A stretch of DNA of 64,000 nucleotides, taken from positions 35,314 to 99,313 of the forward strand of contig CAYUWG010000004.1 of the NCBI GenBank assembly GCA_964448285.1. The letters run 5' to 3'. Positions 60,228-64,000 of the stretch are shown here, one piece after another. The translations under genes were made by a program, and so were the position numbers. The notes below the pieces were generated by a model. The model was not told the origin of the DNA. It saw only the letters and a program-made list of their open reading frames with translations, and did no database searches. The stretch comes from an uncultured Chromatiales bacterium (GTDB lineage Bacteria; Bacteroidota; Ignavibacteria; SZUA-365). How positions within the stretch are numbered: position 1 is the first letter of the stretch; each line of letters starts with the position of its first letter.

Positions 60228-60880
60228 GATGCTGCCTCCGTGATGTGCAGCTTTGCCCCGATATCCACGCCGATGCGAAACGTTTTATTGTTCGCTTCAG
60301 CAATATGGGGCGGGGCTTTGTCCTTGACGTATTGCAGAAAGTCCTCAGGCGTATAGGACAATAAGCCTGATCCGAAAACGCAACCGAGCATGATGATGTT
60401 GACCGACTTGACCGCACCGGCTTTCTCGGCGAGTTCCGTTGCCGGCACGATGAAAACATTCTGCGTTACGGCAGTGACGCTGTTTTGAAGTGCTTCCAAC
60501 TCAGGATACTTGCCATCGCCTTTCTTCAGGACGAATTGCTGTGAGAGGACGAATGGAACGACGGAAGCGGTGTTCATGATGACGACGGTGTTGTTCGAAA
60601 TGAATGGAAGCGCACGTACGGTTTCCACCGGTTCGAAACCGATGACGATGTCGGCACCACCGATTGGAATGATCGGACTGTTTCCGCAATCGATCAACAC
60701 CGACGATTGCACGGCGCCGCCTCGCTGGGCCATGCCATGCAGTTGTCCGCTTACAACCTGATGATCGCGATCGACGAAGAACTCACTGAGGAGCTTGGCC
60801 GCTGTGATAACGCCCTGGCCGCCTGTTCCCGCCAGGAGAATTCTTTTACCGGGCATAGGAAAATTGTCATGCATCGACAT
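60218..60880 (-). CDS. iorB: indolepyruvate:ferredoxin oxidoreductase beta subunit (2-oxoacid:Fd oxidoreductase gamma-like)
   Basis: 220 aa containing ILLAGTGGQGVITAAKLL. It is coupled to iorA by a 14-nt overlap. Confidence 0.85.
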   Translation of the reverse strand: MSMHDNFPMPGKRILLAGTGGQGVITAAKLLSEFFVDRDHQVVSGQLHGMAQRGGAVQSSVLIDCGNSPIIPIGGADIVIGFEPVETVRALPFISNNTVVIMNTASVVPFVLSQQFVLKKGDGKYPELEALQNSVTAVTQNVFIVPATELAEKAGAVKSVNIIMLGCVFGSGLLSYTPEDFLQYVKDKAPPHIAEANNKTFRIGVDIGAKLHITEAASWH

Positions 60881-62750
60881 GTGCGGTCACCTGTGAAATC
60901 GCATCGTGATTGCAAACCTGTGCGCACAGATCGCAACCGTCGCACAACGTGGGATCGATGATGTAATCTCCATCCTCGATGTAAATGGCGGGGCATCCCA
61001 ACACGCGCACGCAGAGAGAGCAGCCGTTGCACACCGACATGTCGATCACATAGGGCAGCCGCTTTCCCTCCGGATTGATTTTGTTTTCATACACGACGCA
61101 AGGCGAATTGCAGATGATGACATTGACGCCATCACCCTTCTTCGCTTTCTTCATCGCATCGAGCGTGGCTTCTTCATCGAAAGGATCGACGGAGTAGATT
61201 TCTTTCACGCCAAGACCGAGCACGGCAGTCTTGATCGAGATTCCCATGGGATTGTGTCCGTTCGATGAGAAGACGCCACAGCCATCTTCACGCATCGCAA
61301 CGGTCGGTTGAAAGCCTGTCATTGCCGTGACGTAGTTGTTCAGGATGAAGACGGTGACCTTGTCTTTCGCCTGAACGGCGTTCGCCAAAGCGGGAAGACC
61401 GCTGTGAAAGAACGTCGAATCGCCGATGAATGCGAGCGTGCGTTCGCCAGTCGTTCGTGCAATACCGCTTGCCTGGCTGATACTCGCCCCCATGCACAAC
61501 AACACGTCGCAACAGTCAAGGGGTTCGCCATAACCGAGCGTGTAGCATCCGATGTCGTTGACATAGACGGTCTTCTTTCCAAAGATGCGCTTCGCCAAAT
61601 AATACGTCGTTCGATGGGGACATCCGGGGCAAAGCACGGGAGGCCGCTCCGGCAAATCGGGAACGACGACGACTGGCTTCGGTTTTTCGTCCAAGTTGAG
61701 ATAACGGCGAATGCCTTTCTCGACGATGTCGGGAGTGTATTCGAATTCCAAAGGAAAGTGGTCGGTCTCTTTTCCCATGATTGGAATCAGTCGGCCGGCG
61801 CGAAACGCCGCAAGAGCGACAAGCTCTTCCACATAGGGAGTGAGTTCTTCGACGACCAATACAGAATCGACAGAGAGAAGAAAGTCCTGAAGGATCGTTG
61901 ACGGTACCGGGTATGCGCCGATCTTGAGAACGCTTACTGTTTCCTGCAGTCGAAGCTGATTGACGAGTGACTCGACGTAGGTGAACGCGACGCCGCTCGC
62001 GACGATACCCGCACGGCCGGTTCCCATCCGGGGAAAGAACTCCGACTCTGCGAGGAGTTTTTCCGCGAGCGCGAAATGCTCGATCAACTCCTTTCTCATT
62101 CGGCGTGCATTTCCCGGGATGGGAACATAGCGCGGGGGATTCTTCACGAACTTCACTTCGTTCTTCACTTCCGGCAACGAATCGAATTCCACCATCGAAC
62201 TCGTGTGACACACGCGAGTCGTCGGTCGCATGATGACGGGCAAGCGTGTTTGCTCGGAAAAACCGAACGCATATTTCGTCATGCGACGGGCATCCTCAGC
62301 GGTCGAAGGGTCGAATACCGGATAGTACAGATACTTGCACAGATGGCGTTGGTCTTGCTCGTTCGAACTCGTGATCGCCGACGGATCACCCGCCGAGACG
62401 ATCACCATTCCGCCTTCGACGCCGATGTACGGCATTGTCGCAAGAGGGTCAGCCGCATAACTCAACCCGACGTGCTTCATTCCGCACATCGAACGTGCAC
62501 CCGTGAGACTTGCCGCATATGCAATCTCGACGGCGATTTTCTCGTTCACGGAATATTCGAACAGGATGCCGGCTTTCTTGTGGATGCGTGCGAAGAGATC
62601 GCCAACTTCGGACGAAGGAGTGCCGGGATAGCAGGAAAAGAATTGAACGCCTGCTTCCAGTGCGCCGCGCACGATTGCGTGGTTTCCTAAGAGAATGGAT
62701 TTCGCACCGGGAGTGTTCGAAAGGATTTCGTGTGAAGAAGAAGCGCTCAT
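60867..62750 (-). CDS. iorA: indolepyruvate:ferredoxin oxidoreductase alpha subunit
   Basis: 627 aa with a TPP-binding region (GDSTFFHSG) and a C-terminal 2x[4Fe-4S] motif (CNGCSLCV...CDGCDLCAQVC). Confidence 0.9.
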   Translation of the reverse strand: MSASSSHEILSNTPGAKSILLGNHAIVRGALEAGVQFFSCYPGTPSSEVGDLFARIHKKAGILFEYSVNEKIAVEIAYAASLTGARSMCGMKHVGLSYAADPLATMPYIGVEGGMVIVSAGDPSAITSSNEQDQRHLCKYLYYPVFDPSTAEDARRMTKYAFGFSEQTRLPVIMRPTTRVCHTSSMVEFDSLPEVKNEVKFVKNPPRYVPIPGNARRMRKELIEHFALAEKLLAESEFFPRMGTGRAGIVASGVAFTYVESLVNQLRLQETVSVLKIGAYPVPSTILQDFLLSVDSVLVVEELTPYVEELVALAAFRAGRLIPIMGKETDHFPLEFEYTPDIVEKGIRRYLNLDEKPKPVVVVPDLPERPPVLCPGCPHRTTYYLAKRIFGKKTVYVNDIGCYTLGYGEPLDCCDVLLCMGASISQASGIARTTGERTLAFIGDSTFFHSGLPALANAVQAKDKVTVFILNNYVTAMTGFQPTVAMREDGCGVFSSNGHNPMGISIKTAVLGLGVKEIYSVDPFDEEATLDAMKKAKKGDGVNVIICNSPCVVYENKINPEGKRLPYVIDMSVCNGCSLCVRVLGCPAIYIEDGDYIIDPTLCDGCDLCAQVCNHDAISQVTAHVDA

Positions 62751-62806
62751 GAGTACCTGTGTCGTTTTCCTGTAAGCTTGCGAAACGGTCTGTTACCCAC
62801 AGTCAT

Positions 62807-64000
62807 CTACGCCGGTTGAAGCGCTCCGATTTGCTCTATACCGGCATGGAGTTCCTCGTCGGTGAGATAGTGATCGATGAGTTTGCCGTTGTAGTAATCT
62901 TCGTATGCACTCATATCGAAATAGCCGTGACCGCAAAGGTTGAAGAGAATGGTCTTCGACTGACCCTCTTCGCGCGCTTTGTTCGCTTCGCGTACGACCT
63001 GTGCAATGCCGTGCGTCGCCTCAGGTGCCGGCAGGATTCCCTCCGTGCGTGCGAACTTGACGCCCGCATCGAAGCACTCCAATTGCTGGATTGCCGTCGC
63101 TTCGATCAACTTGTCCTTGAGCAATTGACTGACGATCACACCCGCGCCGTGATAGCGCAATCCCCCCGCGTGAATCGGCGCCGGGACGAACGTATGTCCG
63201 AGCGTGTACATCGGCAGGAGCGGCGTCATCCCGATCGTGTCGCCGAAGTCGTAGAGGAACTCGCCCTTCGTCAGCTTCGGACACGATGCCGGTTCGACGG
63301 CAACACAGCGAATATTCCTTCCTTCGGTGAGTTTGTAGCGAAGGAATGGAAATGAAATGCCGGCAAAGTTCGAACCGCCGCCGAACGGCGCAATGACGAT
63401 ATCCGGAAAATCACCGGCCATCTCCATTTGCTTCACGGCTTCAAGTCCGAGCACTGTCTGATGCATGAGTACGTGATTGAGTACACTTCCGAGAGAATAC
63501 TTTTTATTCTCGTCCATCGCAGCGCGCTCGACCGCTTCCGAAATCGCGATGCCTAAACTTCCCGGTGAATCCGGCGACTCCGAGAGAATCTTTCGACCCG
63601 CTTCCGTTCTATCGCTCGGTGATGCGAGTACTTCGGCGCCCCACGTATTCATGAGCAGCTTCCTGTACGGTTTCTGGTTGAAGCTGATCTTCACCATATA
63701 GACTTCGAGTTCAAGCCCGAAGTGATTACATGCGAAACTCAATGCGCTTCCCCACTGTCCGGCGCCTGTTTCCGTCGTCAGGCACTTCACGTTTTCCATC
63801 TTGTTGTAATACGCCTGCGGAACGGCGGTATTCGGTTTATGTGACCCTGCGGGGCTTACACCCTCGTACTTGTAGTAAATCTTCGCGGGCGTGTCGAGGA
63901 GCCTTTCAAAGCGACGAGCGCGGAACAACGGAGTCGGCCTCCAAATCTTGTAGATGTCCCGAACTTCTTCCGGAATATCGATCCAGCGCTCCTGCGAGAC
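62807..64000 (-). CDS. TrpB-like PLP enzyme, type 2 tryptophan synthase beta (TrpB2); N-terminus lies outside the window
   Basis: The frame stays open to nt 64000 ([32 protein letters not shown]...). The PLP-Lys context is [11 protein letters not shown], and GGGSNFAG is present. The track start at 63928 is an internal TTG. Confidence 0.88.
   Translation of the reverse strand, partial: VSQERWIDIPEEVRDIYKIWRPTPLFRARRFERLLDTPAKIYYKYEGVSPAGSHKPNTAVPQAYYNKMENVKCLTTETGAGQWGSALSFACNHFGLELEVYMVKISFNQKPYRKLLMNTWGAEVLASPSDRTEAGRKILSESPDSPGSLGIAISEAVERAAMDENKKYSLGSVLNHVLMHQTVLGLEAVKQMEMAGDFPDIVIAPFGGGSNFAGISFPFLRYKLTEGRNIRCVAVEPASCPKLTKGEFLYDFGDTIGMTPLLPMYTLGHTFVPAPIHAGGLRYHGAGVIVSQLLKDKLIEATAIQQLECFDAGVKFARTEGILPAPEATHGIAQVVREANKAREEGQSKTILFNLCGHGYFDMSAYEDYYNGKLIDHYLTDEELHAGIEQIGALQPA

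Overview
This is a gene-dense chromosomal segment with mid-range GC by eye. I call about 63 CDS, one tRNA and one candidate structured ncRNA. Several features point to a bacterium of the FCB superphylum (Ignavibacteria/Chlorobi/Bacteroidota-like), which is inference only: a PorV/PorQ-like outer-membrane protein, a DUF3109 protein, TAnnTTTG-type promoter boxes, rpoN, and the conserved thrS-infC-rpmI-rplT-pheST block.

Most of the window is core housekeeping:
- Cofactor and isoprenoid genes: ribD/ribE, dxs, nadB, coaE, pdxJ, acpS, tmk.
- DNA and recombination genes: xseAB, dprA, ligA, xerD.
- RNA and translation genes: rny, pheST, rplT, rpmI, infC, thrS, tRNA-Val(GAC).
- Division, shape, proteolysis and regulation genes: zapA, a rodZ-like gene, hslVU, rpoN, an S41 protease.
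- Stress and Fe-S genes: Fe/Mn superoxide dismutase, iscS, iscA.

I see no CRISPR array, transposase, integrase-bounded island, prophage or recognisable defence system.

The non-routine content is:
1. A nine-gene, translationally coupled minus-strand operon at 52.1-64.0 kb that runs off the window edge. Its order is TrpB2 - IorA - IorB - hydantoinase A - hydantoinase B - small Cys/His protein - ACAD-fold protein - HMG-CoA-synthase-like::DUF35 fusion - SCP-x-type thiolase. Two members appear to lack canonical catalytic residues.
2. A ~480-bp intergenic array of MITE/REP-like inverted-repeat units at 51.6-52.1 kb. Its last copy supplies the stop codon of the thiolase.
3. A ~210-nt candidate 6S-like RNA immediately downstream of zapA.
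4. infC without any canonical start codon.
5. A lipase-fold lipoprotein with the nucleophile Ser replaced by Gly.

All functional calls come from reading the translated ORFs against families I recognise. No database search was run.
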